From positions 20,770 to 84,769 of the forward strand of contig QMRC01000002.1 of assembly GCA_003649205.1 (NCBI GenBank): a stretch of 64,000 nucleotides of DNA, written 5' to 3'. The stretch comes from Thermoprotei archaeon. Lineage in GTDB: Archaea; Thermoproteota; Thermoprotei; Thermoproteales; B15-G16. The notes under the pieces were generated by a model. That model saw only the letters and a program-made list of their open reading frames with translations, did no database searches and had not been told where the DNA came from. How positions within the stretch are numbered: the stretch's first letter is position 1; every line of letters starts with the position of its first letter. Positions 46,634 to 57,225 of this stretch are shown here, piece by piece. The position numbers and the translations under genes were made by a program.

Positions 46634-47452
46634 GTGAGCACAATGAAGAACATTGATGCAGCACTACAACTAGTACCACCGAAGAGCGTCTTCATGATCT
46701 TAGTAGCTGTAATGATCGTGAACACAGCAGTAAACGTAGTACCTGGAGTAATGCCAGAGCTATTGAGGAACACAATTGGTATAGCTCTGTCCTGCTTCTC
46801 CCAGCTAGTGATAGCGTACCTACTGTACAGTGGCTTAAAGGTTGAGAGCTTTCACGTAAATGATCTACTATCTACGCTACAGGACCTATGTAAGATCATT
46901 AGTGAGAAGTATCCCGAACAAAAGCAGGTACTGTATGAACTGGAGAGAGTAAGAACCTCAGCACAAAAGGTACCGAGGAGAAGAGTAACGTTACTGGTTA
47001 CAATCTACGTAGTGTTTGGACTAACTTCGCTCCTACTAGTCCTATACAGTGTCTGGAAGCTAAGAGGATTACTCGAGCAATTAATTACAGGTATCAGCAT
47101 TGAGGAAATATACCTGTACCTAGGTATCGCAAGTTTAGGTGGATTACTCGCAATAGTTAGTGTAGTAGCTCTATTCTACGCACTACACGTACTTAACAAA
47201 GATCTACTCGAGGTGGAGAAGATCGAGGATAGTGTAGCTCTCATACTCAGGACATCAGGTATAGCCTCTACACCTGAGAGAACATACACAGTACCGAAGA
47301 GAAGTACAGCTCTCTACATCGTACTCTCACTGATAACCCTCGGCATATTCATACTATACTGGATCTACGTCGTAATACTGAGAGACCTCAGAAATCATCT
47401 CCTAGAGGATAGAGCAATAGCACAGCAAATAACGCACCTAGTACTAACCTAA
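46634..47452 (+). CDS. Hypothetical multi-TM membrane protein
   Basis: 272 aa. TM helices flank a soluble helical insert. The C-terminal LYIVLSLITLGIFILYWIYVV resembles the DUF4234-type motif. Confidence 0.45.
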   Translation: MSTMKNIDAALQLVPPKSVFMILVAVMIVNTAVNVVPGVMPELLRNTIGIALSCFSQLVIAYLLYSGLKVESFHVNDLLSTLQDLCKIISEKYPEQKQVLYELERVRTSAQKVPRRRVTLLVTIYVVFGLTSLLLVLYSVWKLRGLLEQLITGISIEEIYLYLGIASLGGLLAIVSVVALFYALHVLNKDLLEVEKIEDSVALILRTSGIASTPERTYTVPKRSTALYIVLSLITLGIFILYWIYVVILRDLRNHLLEDRAIAQQITHLVLT

Positions 47453-48004
47453 CTTCAAGCACCTAAACCATTACCCACACGTAAACTAGGTAACTACCCT
47501 CTATTTTTAGGTACAATCACGTTGTCACAAGTACTAGAACACTGAGAATACAGCTTCACAAGCTATTAGCACACGAGCTAGAATTGATATACATTGTACC
47601 CTAGTGCTTATGAGAGTACTCGTAACCAGTACCTTCATAGTAGTGACATCACTTATTGGAAAACCACCACAGCAATGGCACCAACCATACCCTCAACAAC
47701 CCCCTCAGCAGTAACACTACCACTCGTAGTCACGCTGTGAGCATTCGTAGTCACCCCCACAGGTGAGACAAGGTAAATTAGCAAAGAAATTTGCTACCTC
47801 AGAGATAGTCAACGTCCTTGAGAAATAGAAGTTGGTAAGTACCTGATAACCGTGGTAGTACTAGCTGTAATAGCGTACATCATAGCACTAATCACACAGC
47901 TAGCAAATGAAGTAGGCATATTGATAACCATCACAATCACACCACCATACATACTCCTCAGAGGAAAGGTACTGAGCCTGTACTCAAAGTAACAGGTAGA
48001 CCCC

Positions 48005-48784
48005 TCAACCCCCCCTACATCTTTGAACTAGAATCAAGAGTACTCTACGTACATAATGTCGAAGAGGTGATTTACTGAGTAGACCAATTCTAGTCGAAAG
48101 TATTAGTACATGAATTAGGTACTTAATCACTACCCTGAGACTAAACTTCGAGAAACCACTCAACCTAAGACCAAACGAGAACGGCACCTCACATACCTTA
48201 CCAGTAGGTGTCAGCGAGAGTACATCCAGTAAGATCTTCCAACTATACCCATAGTACCGACGTAACTTCTCAAGCAAATCCCTACGAGCTAGGAAGAAAC
48301 CACTCTGTAAATCACGTACAGCCCTAAACCTAGGAACTAGCAACCACGCAGTGAAAGTAGCGAACCTAGAGATTAAGCGACGAATAGGACCCATACCCCT
48401 AGCAGAACCACCAGGAACAAACCTACTAGCAATAACCAACCAGTACCCACACCTAGTAGCTAGCAAGAACATCTTAGGCACTAAAGCAGGAGGATGCTGA
48501 CCATCACTATCCATCACAACAACGTACTCACCACTAGCCCACTTAAGACCATCGATAATAGCTGAGTAGAGACCAAATCTACCAGGCCTCACAACAACTC
48601 TCACAGGATAGTACTTAGAGAACAACTTAGCTACATCAGCAGTCCTGTCAGGACTAGAATCATCAACAATAACCTCGTAATCAATACCACACCTAGACAA
48701 TACAGTACACAGATCACGAAGTACACGCTTCAAACCACGAAACTCACAGTACGTTGGAATAATAACAGAGACAGAAGTCACCAA
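48005..48784 (-). CDS. Family 2 glycosyltransferase (dolichyl-phosphate mannose/glucose synthase-like)
   Basis: VSVIIPTYCE near the N-terminus, the DxD context VVMDSDGQHPP and C-terminal TM helices. The start is probably TTG/GTG near 48784 rather than 48877. Confidence 0.8.
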   Translation of the reverse strand: MVTSVSVIIPTYCEFRGLKRVLRDLCTVLSRCGIDYEVIVDDSSPDRTADVAKLFSKYYPVRVVVRPGRFGLYSAIIDGLKWASGEYVVVMDSDGQHPPALVPKMFLLATRCGYWLVIASRFVPGGSARGMGPIRRLISRFATFTAWLLVPRFRAVRDLQSGFFLARRDLLEKLRRYYGYSWKILLDVLSLTPTGKVCEVPFSFGLRLSGFSKFSLRVVIKYLIHVLILSTRIGLLSKSPLRHYVRRVLLILVQRCRGG

Positions 48785-49176
48785 CCTAAACCACACCCAA
48801 GCAGAACTAAGGATTAACCTAAACAACACAGAGAAGGCATCATCATTAACATCAAGACCACGGTAGCACTGCAACAACGTAAAACACTCAAAACAAAAGC
48901 AACACTACTGGTCAGTACACTACAGAGAATACATACCTCCTATCACAATACCAAACTCGCTAATCTAGTTGCGTCAGGTACACTAACTACATAACTCTAT
49001 AACTCTCTTAGTAAACCCATGTAGAATCTACTGATGTACTTCTACACCCCGACATCTGAATGCTGCTAGGATTAGTGCTGTTGCTAATGCTGAGGGATAC
49101 AGCTACTTCAACGTAAACTTTCTTACCTATGAGATGCCGATCCCTCACTTCCTCTAGCCTTGATTTTCAACTACTT

Positions 49177-50100
49177 TTAAGCTGTCTGTTCCCGTGTATT
49201 ACCTCTTCTCTTCCTCTCCCTCCTCTCCTGGTAAATTAACTCAATTAATCTCCCAATGACTCCAATTACGAGGCAGTAGTAAGCGTATGTTGCTAGTTCA
49301 TTAGCTCTAGCCTCCTCCCCTATCGCTAGGTACACTGCTGCACTTATGAGAAGTACCATGAATGCTACTATGAATAGCCCTGGTATACCTATGCTCTGTA
49401 GGTACCTACTAACCTGTTTCAAGTGCGACCTTACTCCACCTCTAGACTTTCTAAGGACTGCTATTACTGCTCTCGGTGCTGTAGCTGCTGATGAAATTGC
49501 TAGTAGTACTATTGTCATTGGCGTAACCAGTGTTGGCACTGTGTAATCTGTAGTTACACTCTGTGAAGCAACTCCCGTTACCAATGTCCCTACACTCGGT
49601 ACTGAGTACCCATAGTACCTCACCCAGAAATCAACAGGTATCACGAGTACCGGTGCTTGCGTTACTCTCTTTCCCACTTCTAGATGTATCCTCGATATTG
49701 GTAGTAACTCAATACCCTCCACCATGAATGGTATTGCTAAGTACATCACCACTACTAGCACCGTGACTGTTAATGCTACTGGTACTACCCCCATTACCTC
49801 TACATTACAGATCCTAGCTCCCACCAACCTAAATTGCTTCTTTACAACCTCAGTTACTGAGACTACTGCTAGTGGTATCAGTGATGCATACGTTAGTTGT
49901 GCCGAGAAGCCCCATCTCATTGCTGTCCTAAGACCAACCACTACCAATCTCGAGTACGCTAGAGCAGCTAACACCATGGTTGCTACCACAAGTACTACTA
50001 GGTTCCTCAACCACTTATCTCCATCCACACAATAGCAATACGGCACTGGTAGCGTTACTACAATTGCTAGCAGTGGAGTCAGTATCATTACCGAATTCAC
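49177..50100 (-). CDS. Hypothetical polytopic membrane protein
   Basis: 307 aa, V/L/A/T-rich with ~8 TM helices and a basic C-terminal tail (RRERKRRGNTREQ). Confidence 0.5.
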   Translation of the reverse strand: MNSVMILTPLLAIVVTLPVPYCYCVDGDKWLRNLVVLVVATMVLAALAYSRLVVVGLRTAMRWGFSAQLTYASLIPLAVVSVTEVVKKQFRLVGARICNVEVMGVVPVALTVTVLVVVMYLAIPFMVEGIELLPISRIHLEVGKRVTQAPVLVIPVDFWVRYYGYSVPSVGTLVTGVASQSVTTDYTVPTLVTPMTIVLLAISSAATAPRAVIAVLRKSRGGVRSHLKQVSRYLQSIGIPGLFIVAFMVLLISAAVYLAIGEEARANELATYAYYCLVIGVIGRLIELIYQERRERKRRGNTREQTA

Positions 50101-50457
50101 AGCTTTCTCGGTAAACTCGCTGTAACTTATAGGTTAAGTTATCGTAGTCTCAATACCATGACAGAGCACACAACTATACTCCACATATCGTCCTCAAGGG
50201 AGAAACACCAAGGTACATCAGGTGATTACGTTACTGTCTCGACGCTAGGAGGATAGAGGGGGTAGGTAAGTTGAGTAAGTTCCTATCCAATCTAACACAT
50301 CCTCACAGTTGAGGATGTGTACGAGCTTTGTACTAGCGAAGAAGCTTAACTCGACACTAATTACCGAGAGTAGAGAGCTAGGGGAAAACCTATGAGGACT
50401 TAGTGTGGAGGTTAAGTTATTTAGCTCTGTAGTGGGTGCTGTTTTCTCGGTGATGAC

Positions 50458-51402
50458 ATGTACTCTATTGCTGATGCTGAGTACGAGCTCAGGAGAGTAA
50501 CTGAGTACTGGAACCACTTCTCCAACCTACCCCCAGTAGCAATTGGTGAGGTAAGTGGCCTCACTCTCGTATCTGACCTCAAGATCGCAGTTATCACCGG
50601 TAGCGAATTCGGTTCTAGATTCATCAGCAACCTCTGTAACTACAGCGGTTTCTGCACTAGGTGCCTATCCTGTATCGGTGATAGGTGTAGATACGGTAAA
50701 TTCGATTTCTCCAAAAATGTAGTGTACGTCCACGAAGTTCCACCCAGAACCGAACTACCGAGTGTAATCGATGAACCTGAGAAGTACTTACCAGAGAGAT
50801 TACCGAGTGTAGACATCGTAGTAGCTACAGGCCTCCACAGCGATCTATACTTAGCACTACCTGACCTCCTCAGGAAATCAGACGTAAAAGCACTCATAGT
50901 ATTTAGAGAGGACCCACAAGACGCACCCTACGGCGTCATCAAGGACCTAGAGGATACCTGCCGTAGCTACGGTATCGAGTTCGCAACAGCTAAACCAGCT
51001 TGCTCACTAATACCCGACCCCAAGATGAGCATCATTACGAGATTCGTAAGGGAATTCAGAGTCGGCAGACCACTAATCAAGATAGAGTGCATCGATGGAG
51101 TATTCAAGAGAGTTGAAGTCATAGTATCTACACCATGTGGCTGCACCTGGTTCGTCGCTAGAAACCTCCTAGATTACAGATTTCAACCCAACGAGAGAGG
51201 TATCTTGGACCTACGTAAGAGAGCATTCATGCTACACCACACATACCCCTGCAAAGCATCCATGGAATGGGATAGAGAACTCGGTGACTCACTAATGCAC
51301 ATAGCATCCTTCATCTGCGCTGAATCAGTATTCCAAGGTCTAGGCATGCACGATGTCGTCAGGAACCTAGTCATTGAGAGACTTAAGAGGAAAATAGTTT
51401 AA
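50458..51402 (+). CDS. Hypothetical Cys-rich protein
   Basis: 314-aa ORF with the Cys cluster CNYSGFCTRCLSCIGDRCRYG and further Cys pairs (TPCGC). A metal or Fe-S binding role is possible. Confidence 0.45.
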   Translation: MYSIADAEYELRRVTEYWNHFSNLPPVAIGEVSGLTLVSDLKIAVITGSEFGSRFISNLCNYSGFCTRCLSCIGDRCRYGKFDFSKNVVYVHEVPPRTELPSVIDEPEKYLPERLPSVDIVVATGLHSDLYLALPDLLRKSDVKALIVFREDPQDAPYGVIKDLEDTCRSYGIEFATAKPACSLIPDPKMSIITRFVREFRVGRPLIKIECIDGVFKRVEVIVSTPCGCTWFVARNLLDYRFQPNERGILDLRKRAFMLHHTYPCKASMEWDRELGDSLMHIASFICAESVFQGLGMHDVVRNLVIERLKRKIV

Positions 51403-51443
51403 CCAAGTTACGAACCCAATAACACAGCTATCGAGGTACCTAA

Positions 51444-52100
51444 ATGCAGTTTAGTGAATTAAAGCAGAAGATACTTGAACTACTGAGAACAGACATAGAG
51501 TTCAGATACGCTGTAGCAGGTCTACTTGGTCTCGAAGAGATCCTGAGAAAGCTAGATGAACACAGCAGAATACTGAAAGAACATAGTGAAATACTGAGGA
51601 AACACAGTGAAATACTTGAGAGACACAGCAAGATTCTCGAGGAGCACAGTAAAATTCTCAAAGAGCACACTAGATTACTTCATAGATTAGTCAGGGATGT
51701 AGCAGACATCAAGAGAACCATTGAGAGAATTACGATATCCCTTGAAGAAGAAGCTAGAGAAGTCATAGCACATAGACTCAGAGAGAAACTAGGTATTGAA
51801 GTACCACTATCGAGACTAGAACTACCTGAACTTGAGATTAACATCTACGGAATTGCTAATGACTACGTAGTGATTGGTGAATGCACAACAAGACTAGGGA
51901 TCAGAAAAGTAAGGGAATTACTTGAGAAGTACAGAGTATTGAGGGAGAGGTACAGAAATTACCTAAGACCAAAGATAGTGCTCACAATATACGCAATGAC
52001 ATGCACTAGAGAAGCAATTAAAGAAGCAGAAGGTACAGGGATCTGGCTAAATACAGCAACGAAGGAAGAGACTACATTAAGGGTATTGAGTCTAGATTAG
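51444..52100 (+). CDS. Protein with six tandem heptads (EHSxILx) and a C-terminal PD-(D/E)XK-like domain
   Basis: 218 aa. EHSRILK-EHSEILR-KHSEILE-RHSKILE-EHSKILK-EHTRLLH, followed by ..ELEINIYGIANDYVVIGECTTRLG.., which is restriction-endonuclease-fold-like. Confidence 0.55.
   Translation: MQFSELKQKILELLRTDIEFRYAVAGLLGLEEILRKLDEHSRILKEHSEILRKHSEILERHSKILEEHSKILKEHTRLLHRLVRDVADIKRTIERITISLEEEAREVIAHRLREKLGIEVPLSRLELPELEINIYGIANDYVVIGECTTRLGIRKVRELLEKYRVLRERYRNYLRPKIVLTIYAMTCTREAIKEAEGTGIWLNTATKEETTLRVLSLD
51558..51683 (+). repeat. 6 x 21-bp in-frame tandem repeat
   Basis: The units are gaacacagcagaatactgaaa, gaacatagtgaaatactgagg, aaacacagtgaaatacttgag, agacacagcaagattctcgag, gagcacagtaaaattctcaaa and gagcacactagattacttcat. 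Confidence 0.9.
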
Positions 52101-52104
52101 AGAG

Positions 52105-52335
52105 CTAAAATAGCTTCAGCTCTCTTAGTTGCTTCGTGGTAGCTCTTTCACCAAGACACTTAACACCAACCTCACATTCAGTAACCTTACCCTCAATAGT
52201 CCTGAATATCCTCCTACTAATAGGTCTAATACCGAGATTCTCAGGCTTACAATGTTGAATCCATGTGTAGGTACCCTCAGTATCAACAAGTAGCTCTAGC
52301 TCGAGAAATCTCGAGAAGTTACAGGGATTGTACAC
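52105..52335 (-). CDS. Small hypothetical ORF
   Basis: 76-aa ORF convergent with 51444-52100. No motif, so it may not be a real gene. Confidence 0.25.
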   Translation of the reverse strand: MYNPCNFSRFLELELLVDTEGTYTWIQHCKPENLGIRPISRRIFRTIEGKVTECEVGVKCLGERATTKQLRELKLF

Positions 52336-52538
52336 CCTAGTACTGGGAGGATCTCTAGCTTAGATATTAGGGAGACTCATCTTCGACTTCAAAGCCCTCA
52401 CGGTAGATGCACTAATCTCCGTGGCGAATATGCTAGCAAGGTTCGAAGACTTATTTAATTAGGTTAGTTGTTAGTATAAGACCTAACATTACATTGATAG
52501 TGTTAATAGCTGTCCAGCGTTGGGTTGGTACGTGTAGT

Positions 52539-53210
52539 TTATCTTCTGTTTGCTCTGTCTGTCGTGGTTTGCCTGGTGTATCTCTTTATGAGTGTAACTC
52601 CTAGGTACACAAATGGTGTGTCTAGCGCTGCTATCAGGACTTTGAATAACCACATGCTGACAATAATATTGAGTAGCACCTCAGGTGGTACGGCTCCGTA
52701 GAATGCTAGTGTTGTGAATACTGCTGTGTCTATTAGTTGACTAACCATGGTTGATGCATTGTTTCTGAGCCATAGCCACCTACCTCGTGTGATCTCTCTC
52801 CACTTCCAGAATGCCCATACGTCATGGTGTTGACTAGCTAGGTACGCTACTATGCTCGCTAGTACGATTCTTAGCTGAGGTGAGAATACTCTTTCGAAGA
52901 GTTGTTGCTGTGTGAGTTCTGTGGCTGGTATGAAGTAGTCAAGCCCTATGAGTAGTAACGTAGCGATCTCCGCTGCTAGACCTGCCCACACGATGTAGAT
53001 TGCTCGTTTCTTACCGTAGATCTCGTCTACGATGTCTGTTATGGGAAATGTTATTGAGTAGGAGATGGTTCCTGCCGGAACCACGAGTCCTAGGAACTCC
53101 ACTAGCTTTATCCCTGCTGCGATATTTGCATACACTATCGATGCTCCGAAGATACCTGAGGACAGTACTAGTACGATGAGGTCTCGTTCGCTCAGTGGTA
53201 CCTCTCTCAA
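52539..53210 (-). CDS. YhhQ/VUT-family (queuosine-precursor transporter-like) membrane protein
   Basis: Conserved blocks ANIAAGK, ITFPITDIVDEIYGKKRA and WLRNNASTMVSQLIDTAVFT. About 6 TM helices. Confidence 0.75.
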   Translation of the reverse strand: MREVPLSERDLIVLVLSSGIFGASIVYANIAAGIKLVEFLGLVVPAGTISYSITFPITDIVDEIYGKKRAIYIVWAGLAAEIATLLLIGLDYFIPATELTQQQLFERVFSPQLRIVLASIVAYLASQHHDVWAFWKWREITRGRWLWLRNNASTMVSQLIDTAVFTTLAFYGAVPPEVLLNIIVSMWLFKVLIAALDTPFVYLGVTLIKRYTRQTTTDRANRR

Positions 53211-53651
53211 GGCTGATCACCATGTTGTTCCAGATCTTGAAAGTACAGGCTTATAAAGTGTTGTACTGTGTGCGCTATGTGGAGTATGACCTTAGTGTCT
53301 CCCGTGGCTACGTGGTACGACTATTCTGAGGATCTTTGAACGTTTTGCCTCGAGAACTGTTGGAGGATGTACTCAAGCTCTAGAGTGTATAAAAGCGTGT
53401 AAACGCGATTTGTTTAGGGACCTCAAATCTAGGTTTAAGGAGAATTTCGGAATATACTCAGGAAATTGTATAGCTGACTAATAACGTTATAGAACTTAGC
53501 AGTTCTACTACACCTTGATTCTAAGCCACCTTTACTTCATTTGAAAAGTAACAAGTAAGACTTCAAACAATGAAGATTAAACACGTCTATACAATACATG
53601 TCCATAATTAGTCAAATAACTCCCAATCTCAATAGAATACTTCTCCCTGAC

Positions 53652-54950
53652 CTACCACGTATCTATCTGAGATATGTACACTATCCTGCGTGGAAATAGT
53701 GTGTGAAGTACTCGTAAAGCAGCTTTATCACAGGACAGAAACTCTACCTCGCTTCTAAGCAAGACATCACTAAAACTATAAACACCGTAGATAAGTCTGG
53801 TAATACCGTCCCGAGAGAGGTGCACCTTATTGCTTGCTGGTACTGTACTGGGTAGAATCTCCACATATCCCTTATCGATATCTATCCTAGCGCATCCATA
53901 GGGGGAGCACAGATCTATAGATGTCGACACAGCTAGACCTACTTCCTCAACCCTCCTCCTGAGCTCCGGCTCTAACTGCTTACATAGCTTGTACTGATCA
54001 ATGACGTAGTCCATGTACACGCTACCACTAAATCTCTCAAACATATCGAGCACATCACTGAGTTCCGGAACATAAGGTACGAAGAGCCTAACAACACGAA
54101 CATCCTCAGCGATCAACCTCCTCAACACCTCCCTAAGCACAGACCTCAGATACCTACCATCAATAGCTGCAACCTCAAGAACAACCCCCTCCTCTCTAGG
54201 CCAAACTCCTCTCCTCATTCTCGAAGCAACGAGACCCAGAGCATACCCAACAACCCTACCACCATCCAAAGCCACAACTCTAACACCACTATCCCTCTCA
54301 TCGTAGAGGAAACTATGGTAGAACGTCTTCTCCAAAACCCTAGCTCTCCAGTACTCAAGTGGTCTCCAAACCATACCAGAGAACCTACTACTCCAAATAT
54401 CATACACCCTAGCAACCTCCTCAATCCTCTCCTCATCCAACTCCTCAAACTCAAGATCAGGACCACCAGACAAAACATCCAAAGCCCTCTCAACCCTGTC
54501 TCGAGCACCAACAAACTCATAGAAAGTAAACGTATCAGCATAACCAAGGGACCTATACACCCTATAACCAGCACTACCGTACTCCGTCAATAGCGAGGAT
54601 AGAGCAAGACCAAACTTACGGCACACCTCCAAAGCCAACTTCATCAATGATGTAGCAATACCCCTCCTACGGTACTCAGGATGAGTAGAGACATTAGCAA
54701 TCCCCCCAGTATCCACATAAGCAACACCCACACGTAACCTCCTAACAACAAGCTGTACATGACCCACGATCTTACCTCCTTCCTCAGCTACGAGAGCTAA
54801 GTCCCTCCTAAAACCATAGTCACTAGACTCATACGAAACCCAATCATCAACAGTCAAACCCCACACACCATAGGACCTAAAGCAAGTTCTCAAGAGCCCA
54901 ACAATACCAACCTCATCCCCAGGTCTATACCTACGAAACACAACCACCAC
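53652..54950 (-). CDS. Eis-like GNAT acetyltransferase with C-terminal SCP2-like region
   Basis: 432 aa. GNAT motif A is GIANVSTHPEYRRRGIATSLM. A second degenerate GNAT-like domain and a C-terminal domain follow, as in COG4552-type proteins. Confidence 0.7.
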   Translation of the reverse strand: MVVVFRRYRPGDEVGIVGLLRTCFRSYGVWGLTVDDWVSYESSDYGFRRDLALVAEEGGKIVGHVQLVVRRLRVGVAYVDTGGIANVSTHPEYRRRGIATSLMKLALEVCRKFGLALSSLLTEYGSAGYRVYRSLGYADTFTFYEFVGARDRVERALDVLSGGPDLEFEELDEERIEEVARVYDIWSSRFSGMVWRPLEYWRARVLEKTFYHSFLYDERDSGVRVVALDGGRVVGYALGLVASRMRRGVWPREEGVVLEVAAIDGRYLRSVLREVLRRLIAEDVRVVRLFVPYVPELSDVLDMFERFSGSVYMDYVIDQYKLCKQLEPELRRRVEEVGLAVSTSIDLCSPYGCARIDIDKGYVEILPSTVPASNKVHLSRDGITRLIYGVYSFSDVLLRSEVEFLSCDKAALRVLHTLFPRRIVYISQIDTW

Positions 54951-56258
54951 ACACCACCCTTACAACCCAACGAAAAACAACAGTAATAACTAATAGAGAT
55001 CAGAGCCTCAAGCACTCACCATTAACCACAACCTCGAAACAACACCTTTTCACAGTATCGATTTAATTCACCTAGTCGCAAGAGCTAGTTTCGACCACCT
55101 GCTAATGAATTTAGTAAAAGTAAAAGTCCATAGTCTTGCTACAGAAGACTAGAACCCGTACTTAGGAGATGAATTCTCAGCTCACGCCACAGTTTGAGGA
55201 GAGCATGACCGCAGTTAAGAGATCAGGTTGAAAGTTTATTACTGAAGTTAATAGAGTTCTAGCGAAGGTCTTTAGATACATTTCCCGGTCTATAGAATTG
55301 CTGTTATGATCATCGCTACGGCTATTGATACAGGGAGCAGCAGTAGGTCTCGATACAGAATTGGTAAAGTATGTGAGAGACAATACAGAGGTCTTCCAGT
55401 TGATGTACACTGCACTGACAGGTGAAGTCAAGACCCTCAAGACACTAAGTGATAACCCCCAAGCCCAGGAACAACATCCAAAAACACCATGATAGTTATC
55501 GGTATCGCCATACCACTCTCAGCTGTAATTCATAGCACTACCCCACTTAAAGAGACTTAAAGGGAAGAACCAATTTAGGTCTCTTCAATGATATGGTATT
55601 AGGTAAGAACCTATACACTCTCAACATCTCCAGGGAGATAATACGGTCTAAACTTTTGAATCACCACAAGACACTCATAACCGTGCTCTCTATCACAATA
55701 AACGTGGAGAACTCGCTATTAGAACTTCCCATAGATTTGCAGGAGTTTACATAGTTGCATACATAACCACTAAACTACTTAGCGTAGCCTCCATGGACGT
55801 CACCGTATATCAAATTAACTAACCTCATCACGAACTCGCTACACACATCACTCATCCTCATAGGTAATGCATTAACAACACTAAACCCAACTAACATATA
55901 ATTCACATCGATGAGACATATATCCTAAGCACACTCGTAAAGTCACTAATGCCACCTGCTGTGATGAACCTCATCCTTGCGCATACATTCAATCTTAACT
56001 ACGTACTTGCTTCCACAATCCTAGCACCACCAACACCGACACCCATAGCCATAGTAGTAACCATGACCATAGCCCTATAAACGGTGGTGTTAGTATCCCT
56101 GTAACCACAATGTAGATTCCTATCTCCCATAGTTGAACTATGGAGTTGATTAATCAAGACCTGGAAAGGTTCTAAAGTAATGTCAAGGTTTAACCAAGTG
56201 TCGTAATGCGAACATGTATATTTCAAGGACCTGTTCCTCAGTATACTGGGGATGAGCA

Positions 56259-57167
56259 GTGATTAGAATCCCAAGAAGTAAAGTCGTGTACAGTTTTAGC
56301 CCCAAACATAGTCCAGCCGCTTATGCTAAACCAGGTGAAGTAGTTGTCTTTGAAACCATCGATGCACTTGGGGGACAGATCAAAAGTGAAAACACTAGCT
56401 TAGAATCTCTAGATTGGACAAAGGTTAATCCAGCTACAGGCCCTCTATATGTTGAAGGTGCTGAGGCAGGGGATACTCTCGTAGTGGATATCCTCGACAT
56501 ATCTACCGAGGAACAAGCAGTAATACTCGTAGTACCTGGGTACGGTGCATTACATGACAAGAAGTTTAATCCCAAAGTCAAGCTACTGCAAAGACGTAGA
56601 GATTACCTACTGTTCAACAACATAGAGATACCGGTAAAACCCATGATAGGTGTAATCGGTGTCGCACCACCTGAAGGAGAGGTACCTACAGGATCCCTTG
56701 GTGCTCACGGAGGTAACATGGATGTAGCCCTCATAACACGAGGAACAAAACTCTACCTACCAGTATTCGTAAAGGGAGCACTCCTAGCAATTGGAGATCT
56801 TCATTTAGTACAAGGAGATGGAGAGCTATGTGTATCAGCAGCTGAAGTGTCCGGAGAAGTAATGGTTAGAGTAGACGTAGTAAAGGGGAAGAGACCGAGA
56901 TACCCGGTACTGGAGCTAGAAGATAGGTACGCAATACTTGCCTTCGGAAAAACACTTGACGAAGCAGCCTACCGAGCAACCGAAGAAGCAGTTGAAGCAC
57001 TTAAAAGAGCACACAACCTAAACTTCGAAGAAGCGTACATGCTAGCAAGCCTCATAGTGAACCTAAGGATAAATCAAGTCGTAGACCCACTTAAAGGTGT
57101 AAGAGCAGAAATACCAAAGAAATACATCGACATAGATAACATACTAGTAGAGACCAAACAAAGCTAG
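56259..57167 (+). CDS. Acetamidase/formamidase family amidohydrolase
   Basis: NPATGPLYVEGAEAGDTLVVDILDI, GGNMD and GDLHLVQGDGEL are hallmarks of the FmdA/AmdA family. Confidence 0.85.
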   Translation: MIRIPRSKVVYSFSPKHSPAAYAKPGEVVVFETIDALGGQIKSENTSLESLDWTKVNPATGPLYVEGAEAGDTLVVDILDISTEEQAVILVVPGYGALHDKKFNPKVKLLQRRRDYLLFNNIEIPVKPMIGVIGVAPPEGEVPTGSLGAHGGNMDVALITRGTKLYLPVFVKGALLAIGDLHLVQGDGELCVSAAEVSGEVMVRVDVVKGKRPRYPVLELEDRYAILAFGKTLDEAAYRATEEAVEALKRAHNLNFEEAYMLASLIVNLRINQVVDPLKGVRAEIPKKYIDIDNILVETKQS

Positions 57168-57225
57168 AACAACACAACAAGAATACAGACGCCTAAGGAA
57201 GGAACCATATGGAAATTTCAAGAGT

